A stretch of DNA of 64,000 bases. It comes from Candidatus Wolfebacteria bacterium. GTDB taxonomy: Bacteria > Patescibacteriota > Minisyncoccia > UBA6257 > UBA9933. Shown in pieces: positions 18,760 to 28,184 of this stretch; the first letter of the stretch is position 1, and the number at the start of each line of letters is the position of its first letter. The stretch is taken from NCBI GenBank assembly GCA_024654025.1, contig JANLIR010000007.1, positions 421 through 64,420 on the forward strand. Reading direction: 5' to 3'. The notes beneath the pieces are model-generated. The model was not told where the DNA came from and searched no databases. It worked only from the letters and a program-made list of their open reading frames with translations. Both the position numbers and the translations under genes were made by a program.

Positions 18760-18896
18760 CCCCGCACCTTTAGAAGATATTAACGCCCCGACGCTTTTAT
18801 TTAATATCGATATTTGTTTAAAAATATAGGCTTTTTATCATTGCCGCTTTTTACTAAAGGGCGTTTTTAAAAGCGTAATCTTCTAAAGGTGCGGGG
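18760..18896. mobile_element. MITE-like palindromic element, family 1, copy 2
   Basis: CCCCGCACCTTTAGAAGAT ... ATCTTCTAAAGGTGCGGGG; flanked by TAAA/TAAA. Confidence 0.65.
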
Positions 18897-18897
18897 T

Positions 18898-18920
18898 AAA
18901 AAAAGGCCCGGTTAAGGGCC
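18898..18920 (-). terminator. rho-independent terminator for the minus-strand gene 18967-19407
   Basis: minus strand reads GGCCCttaaccGGGCC + TTTTTTT. Confidence 0.6.
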
Positions 18921-18966
18921 AACGAGCTGGTGGTGCACGGCAGGAAAGCGGGTAGGTTGTCTTAAG

Positions 18967-19407
18967 TCATCTTGGGCAAGTTTTGTTCATCATGTTCAGA
19001 TATTTTTTGGGAAAACTTTGTAAATCTATTTTTCTTGGAATATCTGTGAGTGAAGTCAAACCAAAAACGGATTTTGTCAGATGGGGCACGGAAGAATTTA
19101 AAAAATCATAGTCGTATTTCTTTATCGTTAAAAGCAGGGGATAGGCGTTTAAAATGTTGTTGTCGTCTTCTCCCGTAAAGATTCCGATCCATAAATCGTC
19201 TATGGCGACATAGGCCGCTATCGTGAAACCTACAACTTCAATTCTTAGTCCCTCCAATCTTTTTGTCAGAAATTCCGCCAATCCGCATAGTAAAGTGAAT
19301 TCCCGCGGATTTTGACAGGACGTTTGAATATCGGCGTTGTTTTTTACTTGTTTGAGTTTTTCTTGAAGCGCCGTTGTTAAATGCACAACATTCAATCTAC
19401 TTGGCAT
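18967..19407 (-). CDS. hypothetical protein
   Basis: 146 aa, no recognised motif. Confidence 0.4.
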   Translation of the reverse strand: MPSRLNVVHLTTALQEKLKQVKNNADIQTSCQNPREFTLLCGLAEFLTKRLEGLRIEVVGFTIAAYVAIDDLWIGIFTGEDDNNILNAYPLLLTIKKYDYDFLNSSVPHLTKSVFGLTSLTDIPRKIDLQSFPKKYLNMMNKTCPR

Positions 19408-19688
19408 AATCTCCCCCCTTATGTGACTGCGATTTTTTTAGAGCTTTACCATATATAATTTAAAAAAAGCTCAATGTCAATAAACAAAAAAAACAAAAAC
19501 CGCCTCCTCACAAGACGGCCTTTGCTTTTTTCTTTGGTAACACAAAGAATGCATTACCTTTTGATTGATAAGTTAATTATATATCCGCCATTAATTGCGT
19601 CAACCCCCGCATTTTTTACCGGATTGTGGATAAAAAAATTCCGATATTTGCCTTAAATATGAAGAATATTATATAGTTATGTTGATAT

Positions 19689-20783
19689 ATGGTGATAAAA
19701 TTTTTATATAAATCAGTTCTTCGGCCAATTCTTTTTTTGAATGATCCGGAATTTGTCCATGGGCGGATGATTAAATTTGGAAATTTTTTGGGTAGGTATC
19801 GGTTCGGAAAAAAAATTGTTTCGTCGCTGTTTTTTTATTCCGATAAATCTCTTGAACAAAATATTTTAGGAATCAATTTTAAAAATCCTGTTGGTTTGGC
19901 GGCCGGATTTGATAAAAATGCCGAGCTGGTTGATATTTTATCGTCAGTGGGTTTTGGATTTATGGAAGTCGGTTCTATTACCGGCGAGCCTTGCGAAGGA
20001 AATCCCAAGCCGAGATTATGGCGGCTAAAAAAATTAAAAGGCATAGTTGTTTATTACGGATTAATGAATGACGGTTGTGAAAGGATTTTTGGGCGGTTAA
20101 AAAATAAAAAATTTAATATTCTTTTAGGAACTAGCGTTGCCAAAACGAATAGCCGTGAAACCGCGGAAATTGAAGCGGGCATAAACGATTATTTTAAGGC
20201 ATATAAAACAATGAGTGAGATAGGCGATTATACGACTATAAATATTAGCTGTCCCAACGCTTTCGGAGGAGAACCGTTTACAGATCCCGTAAAATTAGAG
20301 GCTCTTTTAAAAAAAATATTTGAAATACCAAAAAAGAAACCGATTTTTTTGAAGCTTTCTCCTGATTTAAGTGAAGCCGAAACGGACGCGATTTTGGAGG
20401 TTTGTAAAAAATATCCCGTTGACGGTTTTATTTGCTCCAATTTAACTAAAAAAAGAGTAAATATTATCGATAAGGATTTGCCTGAAAAAGGGGGTGTAAG
20501 CGGCAAGCCTATGGAAGAATTATCGAATAGACAGATAAGCTATATTTACCGGAAAACAGGCAGAAAATACGTGATTATTGGCTGTGGAGGGGTTTTTAGC
20601 GCCGAGGATGCTTATAAAAAGATTAAATTAGGGGCCTCATTGGTTCAGCTTATAAGCGGTATGATTTATGAAGGCCCACAACTTATAGGAGCAATAAACA
20701 AGGGTTTGAAACGTCTGTTAGAAAAAGACGGTTTTGATAATATTTCTCAAGCGATAGGGGTGGATAACGGCGGTAGAAATTAA
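19689..20783 (+). CDS. pyrD: dihydroorotate dehydrogenase (quinone), class 2
   Basis: 'NPVGLAAGFDKN', 'GFGFMEVGSIT', 'GCGGVFSAEDAY' motifs; N-terminal membrane-association extension. Confidence 0.85.
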   Translation: MVIKFLYKSVLRPILFLNDPEFVHGRMIKFGNFLGRYRFGKKIVSSLFFYSDKSLEQNILGINFKNPVGLAAGFDKNAELVDILSSVGFGFMEVGSITGEPCEGNPKPRLWRLKKLKGIVVYYGLMNDGCERIFGRLKNKKFNILLGTSVAKTNSRETAEIEAGINDYFKAYKTMSEIGDYTTINISCPNAFGGEPFTDPVKLEALLKKIFEIPKKKPIFLKLSPDLSEAETDAILEVCKKYPVDGFICSNLTKKRVNIIDKDLPEKGGVSGKPMEELSNRQISYIYRKTGRKYVIIGCGGVFSAEDAYKKIKLGASLVQLISGMIYEGPQLIGAINKGLKRLLEKDGFDNISQAIGVDNGGRN

Positions 20784-20808
20784 AAAGCCCCACGAAGGGG
20801 CTTTTTAA
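20784..20808. terminator. bidirectional terminator between convergent pyrD and pilin gene
   Basis: AAAAAGCCCCacgaaGGGGCTTTTT. Confidence 0.7.
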
Positions 20809-20831
20809 TTTCTGAATTAGTTGTTGTTGAT

Positions 20832-21281
20832 TTATCGAGTTACTGAAATTATTGCTGTTTCTGGAGTTAATTCTGTATCTGGAGCGGCAACCGTGACTCT
20901 TCTGGTTGCTGGATCGTAAACCACGGTATATCTGGTTGATGTCGCGGTTCCGTTTGTTGGGTCAACAGGCATAGTGGAAACATAAGTAGGAACTATACAG
21001 CTTTGTATGTTATAGAAGCTGGTTCCTATTTCTGTGGTTGATGTAGGAAGTGAAGCGCCAGCAATCACGCAAGTAAAGTTGCCTTTGTTGTCAACTTGGT
21101 TTTGGCTGATTGCGTTCAAAATCGTGTTAACATTGCTCCATCTTTGGGTGTTTCTTGCCTGGGCAAACTGTCTGCCCGGGTTTAACGCGACTATAACGAC
21201 TCCGGCTAAAATCGCGATAATGCCGATAACGACCAGTAATTCGATTAATGTAAAACCTTTGCTTTTCATTTTGTGTTTCAT
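20832..21281 (-). CDS. type IV pilin (prepilin N-terminal methylation motif)
   Basis: 'KGFTLIELLVVIGIIAILAGVV' class III signal peptide; start may be the second ATG (MKSKGF). Confidence 0.75.
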   Translation of the reverse strand: MKHKMKSKGFTLIELLVVIGIIAILAGVVIVALNPGRQFAQARNTQRWSNVNTILNAISQNQVDNKGNFTCVIAGASLPTSTTEIGTSFYNIQSCIVPTYVSTMPVDPTNGTATSTRYTVVYDPATRRVTVAAPDTELTPETAIISVTR

Positions 21282-21379
21282 TTTGTGTCTTTTTCTTGAA
21301 TCTCGACCTTTTATCGATATTAATTATATTTTAGCAAAGTATAATTCATTGGGCAAAACAACTTATCCACACCCAGCTC

Positions 21380-22855
21380 TTATTTTATTTCATCCCAGGA
21401 TAATATTTGGTAGCTGTCGCTTGTAAGAGGGAAGCTTGGCGGCGGGCTGTATAAAAGATTCGTGTCGTAAATAAGATTTCTTGTTTGATAGCCGGTGCCG
21501 TCAGTGTAAGCGAATCCGTATCTTTGGTTGGACATTATCATTCCGTAAAGAGTAATAGTGTTTCTTATGTGGTAAGGAGAACAGCGATCTTGATTGCTTC
21601 CTGGCGGCCGGAAATAATACCTTCCAACCCGTCCGTTTTGAGCTATTAGAGCGGCGTCTATTGTTAGAAAGTCCGAACTTTGCAAGCCGGCGTTGATGTT
21701 GCCCTGGGCTATGAGGCCGATCGTGTCACGGCCGTCAAAATTAGTATAAAGAAGATCGTTATTTACTGTTATGGCCCGCCAGTTGGACGGAGTTTCAGGA
21801 AACTTTGCGGCGGCTACGGTTATTCTGGCGGTATTTATTTGGCCGTCTATCCAGACATTATCCTCGATAAATATTAAGCCGTTTGCCGGAAAAGGATAAT
21901 TGGCTACAAATTGTTGAGCGCTGATTGTCCAGGTTCCCCAATCCTGTTCGCCTAAAACAGATATGCAGCCCTGAGGAGGGTTAAGAACCGAGGTGACGCG
22001 GTAAAAATCAAAAGTATCATTAGTTTTTAGGACGATATGATAGCCCTGATTGCCGGAACTGGAAGCGTAAAATCCGTTAGCTTGGGAGTCGGTTTTTATT
22101 TTAGTTAAATTTGCGCTGATACCGGTAAAGTCAACCGCTGGAACTGGAAATTGCCTGCCAGCCATAAAAACATCCGATCTATTCGGCACAGGAGATGTTG
22201 GCGGAGCTTCGCTTGGCCGGAAGTTATTGTTAACTGTATTTGCAGGCGGAAGGTCTTTGTGAGTATGGACTCCAAATTCGCTGTTACCGGAATGGTCAGG
22301 ATCTTTATAGGTGCCCAAAGCGCTAGAAACGATATTATGCGCCAGTCCGTCAACTCGCACGCCGTAATTGGAAAACAGTTCTCCGAAAATTTCCGTTCCT
22401 TGGCCAAACCGTACATTTGCATTTAAAACCGCGGCGTATTTTGCGAACGAAGGAATGCCCAATTTTACCTCGACTATTTTTTCGATAGTTGGGTCAGAAA
22501 GAACTTTTCCCGTAGATTTAATTACTACAATAGTAGACCCTATAGGCGGGGGAGTTATGTCTAAAATAAATTGGCCGATTTGAACTCCATTTTTGTCGAA
22601 ATAATTATGGATGTACGGTCCAGGCTGGCCGGTGCCGTCTTGATAATCATTGGCAGCGTGCGCTAAGTGCCAGCGGTAATATTCGATTCCCGATTCCGCG
22701 ATTGAAAGCGCCGATTCTTTTTCGTTGTATCTTGTCGCGGATTTTAAAGTAGCGTCGGCCCAGATTATAAATCCCGATAGAAAAATAACGGCAACGGCGC
22801 CATATATCAATACCTGGATTGCCAACGTTCCTTTTTGATTATAATTTTTTATCAT
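21380..22855 (-). CDS. PilX-like / type IV pilus minor component with large secreted domain
   Basis: N-terminal TM with PilX_N-like segment then ~450-aa Gly/Asn-rich beta-rich domain. Confidence 0.4.
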   Translation of the reverse strand: MIKNYNQKGTLAIQVLIYGAVAVIFLSGFIIWADATLKSATRYNEKESALSIAESGIEYYRWHLAHAANDYQDGTGQPGPYIHNYFDKNGVQIGQFILDITPPPIGSTIVVIKSTGKVLSDPTIEKIVEVKLGIPSFAKYAAVLNANVRFGQGTEIFGELFSNYGVRVDGLAHNIVSSALGTYKDPDHSGNSEFGVHTHKDLPPANTVNNNFRPSEAPPTSPVPNRSDVFMAGRQFPVPAVDFTGISANLTKIKTDSQANGFYASSSGNQGYHIVLKTNDTFDFYRVTSVLNPPQGCISVLGEQDWGTWTISAQQFVANYPFPANGLIFIEDNVWIDGQINTARITVAAAKFPETPSNWRAITVNNDLLYTNFDGRDTIGLIAQGNINAGLQSSDFLTIDAALIAQNGRVGRYYFRPPGSNQDRCSPYHIRNTITLYGMIMSNQRYGFAYTDGTGYQTRNLIYDTNLLYSPPPSFPLTSDSYQILSWDEIK

Positions 22856-22856
22856 A

Positions 22857-22997
22857 CCCGGTATTACAACTTCGATTATTTTTGGGTTAATTCTCGAAAT
22901 TGAAAATTAGTTAATATTTTTTGTTTTTTACCCAATATTGTTTATTCTAAAATCCTCAAAAATTTTATAGAGAATTTGTCGAAGTTGTAATACTGGG
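22857..22997. mobile_element. MITE-like palindromic element, family 2 (single copy)
   Basis: 19-bp TIRs CCCGGTATTACAACTTCGA ... TCGAAGTTGTAATACTGGG (18/19 complementary) exactly filling the intergenic gap; flanked by TCATA/TCATA 5-bp direct repeats. Confidence 0.65.
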
Positions 22998-25262
22998 TCA
23001 TAAATTTGTTCTTAAATTTCTTGGGGATATTTTTATAGAAAATTGTTGCGATGAATCGGCGTCTGCGTCTTTGGCGGTAACTTGGATGCCGATTTCGCGG
23101 ATAAGTGAAATATCTATAGGGTAGGGCATCGCTGGTTCAGAGCCGGAATAATTGGCGTCGTAATAAGAAAATATGCTTGAAGTGCTCATATCAAGATTGT
23201 GGACCATATCCGTGATAATTTGATTCGCCGGATTGTATACGAGCGGATTGCCAACGGGTTTAGTGACGCTTTTTTCAAGAATTGTGCTGCTTGTAAAATA
23301 TCTTACTTGTTCTATAACGTTGTCTCCGTCAATGTCGCTGAAAAACGTAAAAGAACTGGTGGTTGCTTCGGCAATCGGATAACCGCCGACAGCAGATATT
23401 CTCATTGAACGAATTTCGGGAATAACCGTTTGTTGGGTTTGTAAAAGTTCTTGTTGAATTCCTATTTCTCCGGTAAAGAAAGTTTCAAAATTTATGACAT
23501 TTCTGATGAAATATCCGATAAACAGCATAATCATAATCGCTATTCCCATGGCCACAAGAATTTCTATAAGAGTAAATGCGGATTCGTTTTTGGGCAAAAC
23601 TTTTTTTGTTTTTATGAAATAAATAGTCGCCGCTGCGGCAATTAAAAGCAGTACGATGAGCGCGACGTAAAAAATGTTTTTTGAGGAAAAGGGCGAGGTT
23701 TTGGGTGAGGCTAAAAAATCAACGGGCTTAGAAATTTTTTCAAAAACCTCGTTGTTATTCGAATAAATTATTGCTTTATATTTTCCCGCAGGTAAGTCGT
23801 TTAGAGTGGCGGCGCGGTTATTTTTAGAGACAAATATTTTTTTGACGAGTTTATAATTCTCGTCGAATATATCTATTAGATATCCGTTTGAAGGTTCAGA
23901 AACTGGCGATGACCAGGTGATATTTAATGTTTGATTGCTTTGAAAAATAGACAAAGAAGAAGGGAGGTTTTGACTTTGATTTGTTGTAGTGGAGGCGTTT
24001 AATAAAGTTTGTGTTGGCGGAGTGCTTGTGGGAGAAGTTGTCGGTAATGGTTGAGGCGGTTGCGTTACAGGTGGCTGTGTTGAGGGCGGTTGTGTCGTTG
24101 ATGGTTGAGTTGTTGATGGGGGTGTTTGTAGGGTAGTGAATTCAATATATTGGTTAGAGATATTTCCAAAAAGATCAACAGACATAATTGAGGCAAAATA
24201 GTTTGTGTTCGGCTGTAAAACATTTCCGGAATTGATCGCGTGTTCAAGTTCAAAAGTGGAGTCGCCGACGCTGGTAATAATTTGATATTTTTTAACAAGG
24301 CCGATTAAGACGCTGGAATTAGCTGGCTTATCGGTTGTCCAAGCAAACAGAGCGGAGTTTTGGCTTAGGGACAAAACGCGGATGTTTGAAATTACCGGGG
24401 GTACTGTGTCTGTTGGTGTTGAAGTTGAAGCGGTATAAGCGTTAACGCCGACAGTGCCATTAATGCCGGATTCATTGCCCCACTGGTCTTTTGCCAGTAT
24501 TTGATAATTATATTGGGTGTTTGGCAGTAAAGCGGAGAATATAGATTCGCAGGTTGTTATTGCTTGATTGCAAATTTGATAACCGTTTTTAAATGGATCG
24601 GTTTGTAATTGGGTTTTATCCGACGATTCGATCGTTATTTTGAAATCAACCGGCTCATTGGCGTTAAATTTTATGGAGGTGGTGGCGGAAGAAGTTGACG
24701 AAATTATATTTGAAAGCGCCGGAGGTAATAAATCAGAATTATCATAAAGAGCGAATTTAACGGAAAAACTTTGTTCAATTCCGGAAACAATCGCAGGCAT
24801 GACTATTTTTTCCAAAGGCGAATAAACGGCGTTATGTTCAAGCGGCTGGACTCGATTGGCGTAATAAATATTTATGTCCGCTGAAGCGCTGGAGATTTTA
24901 ATTTTATATGTTTGATCTCCGGTTACCGCTATTACTTGGCTGAAAGCTACATGGAATCGTTTTCCGCCCCAAGCAGGAGAAAGTATTGGCACGGAAACCG
25001 ATTTTGAAGACAAAGTTTGATTAGCGTTGTTTAAAAGAGAGACGGATATATTGCCCGAGGCGGAATTGTCGAGCCACAAATCAAAGCCGGAAATCAAGTC
25101 ATTGGAAACGATGAATGGCTGGATTATTTCTCCGCGGCGGGAAACAGAAAAATTATTGGATTCGTCCGGAGCGAATTCGAAATACTTAATTTCAGAAGTT
25201 TGCGCTAGTACCAAAGTTGGCGCGGCGATTAAAATGAACAATATGGCGATAATATATTTCAT
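22998..25262 (-). CDS. large secreted FN3/Ig-like protein with Pro/Thr linker, followed in the same frame by a pseudopilin-like segment
   Basis: signal peptide; FN3-like 'NTNYFASIMSVDLFGN'; PT-rich linker; TM; then 'ESAFTLIEILVAMGIAIMIM' prepilin-like motif ~220 aa from the C-terminus. Confidence 0.45.
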   Translation of the reverse strand: MKYIIAILFILIAAPTLVLAQTSEIKYFEFAPDESNNFSVSRRGEIIQPFIVSNDLISGFDLWLDNSASGNISVSLLNNANQTLSSKSVSVPILSPAWGGKRFHVAFSQVIAVTGDQTYKIKISSASADINIYYANRVQPLEHNAVYSPLEKIVMPAIVSGIEQSFSVKFALYDNSDLLPPALSNIISSTSSATTSIKFNANEPVDFKITIESSDKTQLQTDPFKNGYQICNQAITTCESIFSALLPNTQYNYQILAKDQWGNESGINGTVGVNAYTASTSTPTDTVPPVISNIRVLSLSQNSALFAWTTDKPANSSVLIGLVKKYQIITSVGDSTFELEHAINSGNVLQPNTNYFASIMSVDLFGNISNQYIEFTTLQTPPSTTQPSTTQPPSTQPPVTQPPQPLPTTSPTSTPPTQTLLNASTTTNQSQNLPSSLSIFQSNQTLNITWSSPVSEPSNGYLIDIFDENYKLVKKIFVSKNNRAATLNDLPAGKYKAIIYSNNNEVFEKISKPVDFLASPKTSPFSSKNIFYVALIVLLLIAAAATIYFIKTKKVLPKNESAFTLIEILVAMGIAIMIMLFIGYFIRNVINFETFFTGEIGIQQELLQTQQTVIPEIRSMRISAVGGYPIAEATTSSFTFFSDIDGDNVIEQVRYFTSSTILEKSVTKPVGNPLVYNPANQIITDMVHNLDMSTSSIFSYYDANYSGSEPAMPYPIDISLIREIGIQVTAKDADADSSQQFSIKISPRNLRTNL

Positions 25263-25282
25263 GTTTGATAATTCTCAATAAA

Positions 25283-27079
25283 TTATAGCGGCAGTAAATT
25301 TATTACAAATTCCTGCCAGTCGTTAAAAATGGAAACCGCTGAATTGGTATAATTTTGATAACCTGTTTTTGAGGCGGTAACCGTGTAAGTTTGATTGGTT
25401 AATCCATTAAATAATGTTTGGCCTAACGGGATGCATGATGACGAAAAATAAAATTCTATTTCCTGAAGCGAGGGAGTGTAGGCTGGGTTAACGGTATTCA
25501 AAAATACTTTATAACGGAAATAACGATTGTTGTTGAGTAAAGAAGAAATTGTGCTGCTGGAAGTGTAAAAGGAATTGGAAGTTCCGTCCGGGCCAACATA
25601 ATTCCATGTTGAGTTATCGTTGTTGGCGGCAAGCTGGAATTTTAAACTGTCAATGCCGGTTTGGGACGGCTGACTCGCTGGAAGCCAATCAATTGAATAA
25701 AAAGACACATTGGAGGCCCCTAAATTAAAAGTATTAGATTCTAACCACTGGGTGCTTGTTGTGTAAGTTCCGTTGGATGACTTTAGTGTTATTGTTCCGG
25801 GGATAGCTTCGGTTTCAATATCTCCGCTTTGGGAAAAATAATTTGATCCTGACCAATCGGTTTGTATAAACGATCTTTGTCCGGTAATTTGAGTTTTGTC
25901 GATCAAATTTCCGGTAATTTTTACAGAAACATCGTCTATTGGCTGGTTGTTTTGATCTTTAACGGTTGCAAGGAGAGCCAGGGGTAATTTCGGTTCCATT
26001 AGCCATTTGAGATTAGTAGTGGTGCTGGGATTTAAAGTAAGAGGCAGAAGAGGCAAGTTGCCGCTTAAATCATAAGAAGTGTTAGAGTTTGTGAATCCGT
26101 AAGTATCCCATTCCAGATTGTTTAATATTTTATTTCCGCTCGCGTCGGTTTGTGAATTAGCCGAATATTTTAAAATATCTGGATTTGTTCCAATTAGTTT
26201 TCCTCCCTGGATCGAAAAAGCGCTGTTAGGAACAGGGGAGCAGAATTTGTCTTGGGTTGATAGATTAATAACGCTTAGTCTGTCGATAGTGAAACTTATT
26301 GAAGTTACTTGTTGAGAGGCAACCGTGGCGTCGGGTTTGGTTGGGTTGGGGTTTGATGGAGCGCCGGCGGGGTATGTTCTTTCGGAAGAATAACCGGATT
26401 TGCTGACGGGAATTCTGTACGACGCGGTGCTGGTTGGGATGTCTACAAGTTGGAGCACTCCATTTAGGTTTGTGGTGTCGGTTATGTTAATTGGCGGCGT
26501 AGTGCTTGAATTTGTTACGTTTACGTTGGCGCCGCTTATTGGCTGGCCGTAAGCGTCTAAGACATTTATGAAAAGCGAGCCGTTGTTGGTTGTGGTTTCA
26601 AGGCCTTTTGCCGGAGCAACGGTTGTGGTCATAGTAATAGAAGCAACGCCGCCAAAACCAGCGCACGAAATACAATTCGCTTCGACTTCAATAATTTTAT
26701 AATCAGCCGGAGAAGTGTCGTTGGGAGTTCCGCCCAAAGTGCCGTCAAACGGGTCGTCAACATTTCTAACGGTTGTTGTTAATAAAAAACTGCCGCCGCC
26801 GGATTGTACCGTTGTGGTTGCCAAAAGTTTTCCAACAGGATAACCGCCTAAAATGCCGATGTCGGAGTAATTCATTTTTCTGGCGGTTTCGAACTCAGTT
26901 TCTATGGCCGCAACTGCTTCGGCGCGCCATTGGTTTTTTAAAATTATTTCCAAAATATTGGCGTAAGTCAGATATATTGAAGAGGAGATTATTAAAAGCA
27001 ATGTGGAAGCCACTAGAGCTTCTATCAAAGTGAACCCAGTATTACAACCGCGGTTTTTAAAATTAGAGAAAGATTTCAT
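25283..27079 (-). CDS. large pilin-like protein (prepilin-type N-terminus + ~560-aa carbohydrate-binding/Ig-like region)
   Basis: 'NRGCNTGFTLIEALVASTLLLI' G-FTLIE motif; the start may be 27100 as in the track. Confidence 0.5.
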   Translation of the reverse strand: MKSFSNFKNRGCNTGFTLIEALVASTLLLIISSSIYLTYANILEIILKNQWRAEAVAAIETEFETARKMNYSDIGILGGYPVGKLLATTTVQSGGGSFLLTTTVRNVDDPFDGTLGGTPNDTSPADYKIIEVEANCISCAGFGGVASITMTTTVAPAKGLETTTNNGSLFINVLDAYGQPISGANVNVTNSSTTPPINITDTTNLNGVLQLVDIPTSTASYRIPVSKSGYSSERTYPAGAPSNPNPTKPDATVASQQVTSISFTIDRLSVINLSTQDKFCSPVPNSAFSIQGGKLIGTNPDILKYSANSQTDASGNKILNNLEWDTYGFTNSNTSYDLSGNLPLLPLTLNPSTTTNLKWLMEPKLPLALLATVKDQNNQPIDDVSVKITGNLIDKTQITGQRSFIQTDWSGSNYFSQSGDIETEAIPGTITLKSSNGTYTTSTQWLESNTFNLGASNVSFYSIDWLPASQPSQTGIDSLKFQLAANNDNSTWNYVGPDGTSNSFYTSSSTISSLLNNNRYFRYKVFLNTVNPAYTPSLQEIEFYFSSSCIPLGQTLFNGLTNQTYTVTASKTGYQNYTNSAVSIFNDWQEFVINLLPL

Positions 27080-27119
27080 TGTCAGAAAATTAACGTACAA
27101 AAATCCAAAAACTTAAAAA

Positions 27120-28181
27120 TTATTTTATTTTCAATCCTTGCGTTACCGAATATATCGGGGTGATTATCGAAAGCGCCACAAAGCCGATAAGCACGCCCAT
27201 GACAATTATAAGAAGCGGTTCTAAAACGCTAGACAGATTTTTAGTAACATCGTCCACGTCATTTTCGTAAAATTCGGAAAGATAAAGCAAGGTTTCGCTT
27301 AAGTTTCCGGTTTTTTCGCCGATTGAAATCATTTCTCCGACCATCGGAGGGAAAAGATCCGGCCGGCCGATTAAGAATCGAGAAATTTCTTCGCCGCGGG
27401 AAACTCCGGTTGCTATTTTGCCGATTTGCTCTTTGTAAATAAGATTAGCGGTGGTTGTCGACGTGATGGTTATGGCTTCAATCACTTTTATGTCGCTTCG
27501 AAGAAGAAGGCCTAATGTCCGGCAGAAGTTTGCTATGTTGTAGTGTTTTGATAATCGTCCAGCCAAAGGCAAAATCAGCAAAAAACGGGTGGCGGCATAT
27601 TTAACTATTCTTATTTTTAAAATCAGCCAAACGAAAATTATAAAAATTATGATTCCGATAATAACGTAAAATCCGTAAGCGACTAAAAAATTGCTGACCG
27701 CGATTAAGATTCGCGTTGTAATCGGAAGCGTCATTTTCAAGCTTTTGAAAACCGGAAGAATTTTAGGAAAAATATAAACAGTCAAAAATCCAACGATGCC
27801 CAAAGTAGAAATGCCGATTATTACCGGATAAATAAGGGCGCCCTTTATTTTTTTATTCAAGTTTTGGTTTTTTTGGAGTTCTTCGGCCAAGTAATTGAGG
27901 TTTTCGTAAAGTATTCCACTGGCCTCGCCGACTCTGATGACGTTTATAAATAATTCGCCGAAAACGTTTTTGAATTTTTCAAGCCCGGTTGATAAAAATT
28001 GGCCATTGGAAACATCGTCAACCAGTTCGGTAAGAATTTTTTTCATTGTTTTGGAAGTGGCCTGTTTTTTTAACAGTTGCAAGCTGTCGACAATGGGCAT
28101 TCCGGTTTTCACCATTATGGAAAGGTGCTTGGCAAAAATTATTTTTTCCTGATTGGAAACTCTAAAAAATATATTATTCAT
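27120..28181 (-). CDS. pilC: type IV pilus assembly platform protein PilC (T2SS F domain)
   Basis: two T2SSF repeats, 3 TM; 'ISIGEKTGNLSETL'. Confidence 0.85.
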   Translation of the reverse strand: MNNIFFRVSNQEKIIFAKHLSIMVKTGMPIVDSLQLLKKQATSKTMKKILTELVDDVSNGQFLSTGLEKFKNVFGELFINVIRVGEASGILYENLNYLAEELQKNQNLNKKIKGALIYPVIIGISTLGIVGFLTVYIFPKILPVFKSLKMTLPITTRILIAVSNFLVAYGFYVIIGIIIFIIFVWLILKIRIVKYAATRFLLILPLAGRLSKHYNIANFCRTLGLLLRSDIKVIEAITITSTTTANLIYKEQIGKIATGVSRGEEISRFLIGRPDLFPPMVGEMISIGEKTGNLSETLLYLSEFYENDVDDVTKNLSSVLEPLLIIVMGVLIGFVALSIITPIYSVTQGLKIK

Positions 28182-28184
28182 ATG

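Noticed and set aside
19474-19656. 60-aa plus-strand ORF in the pyrD upstream region
   Set aside because: No SD or promoter context and low-complexity composition; likely intergenic.
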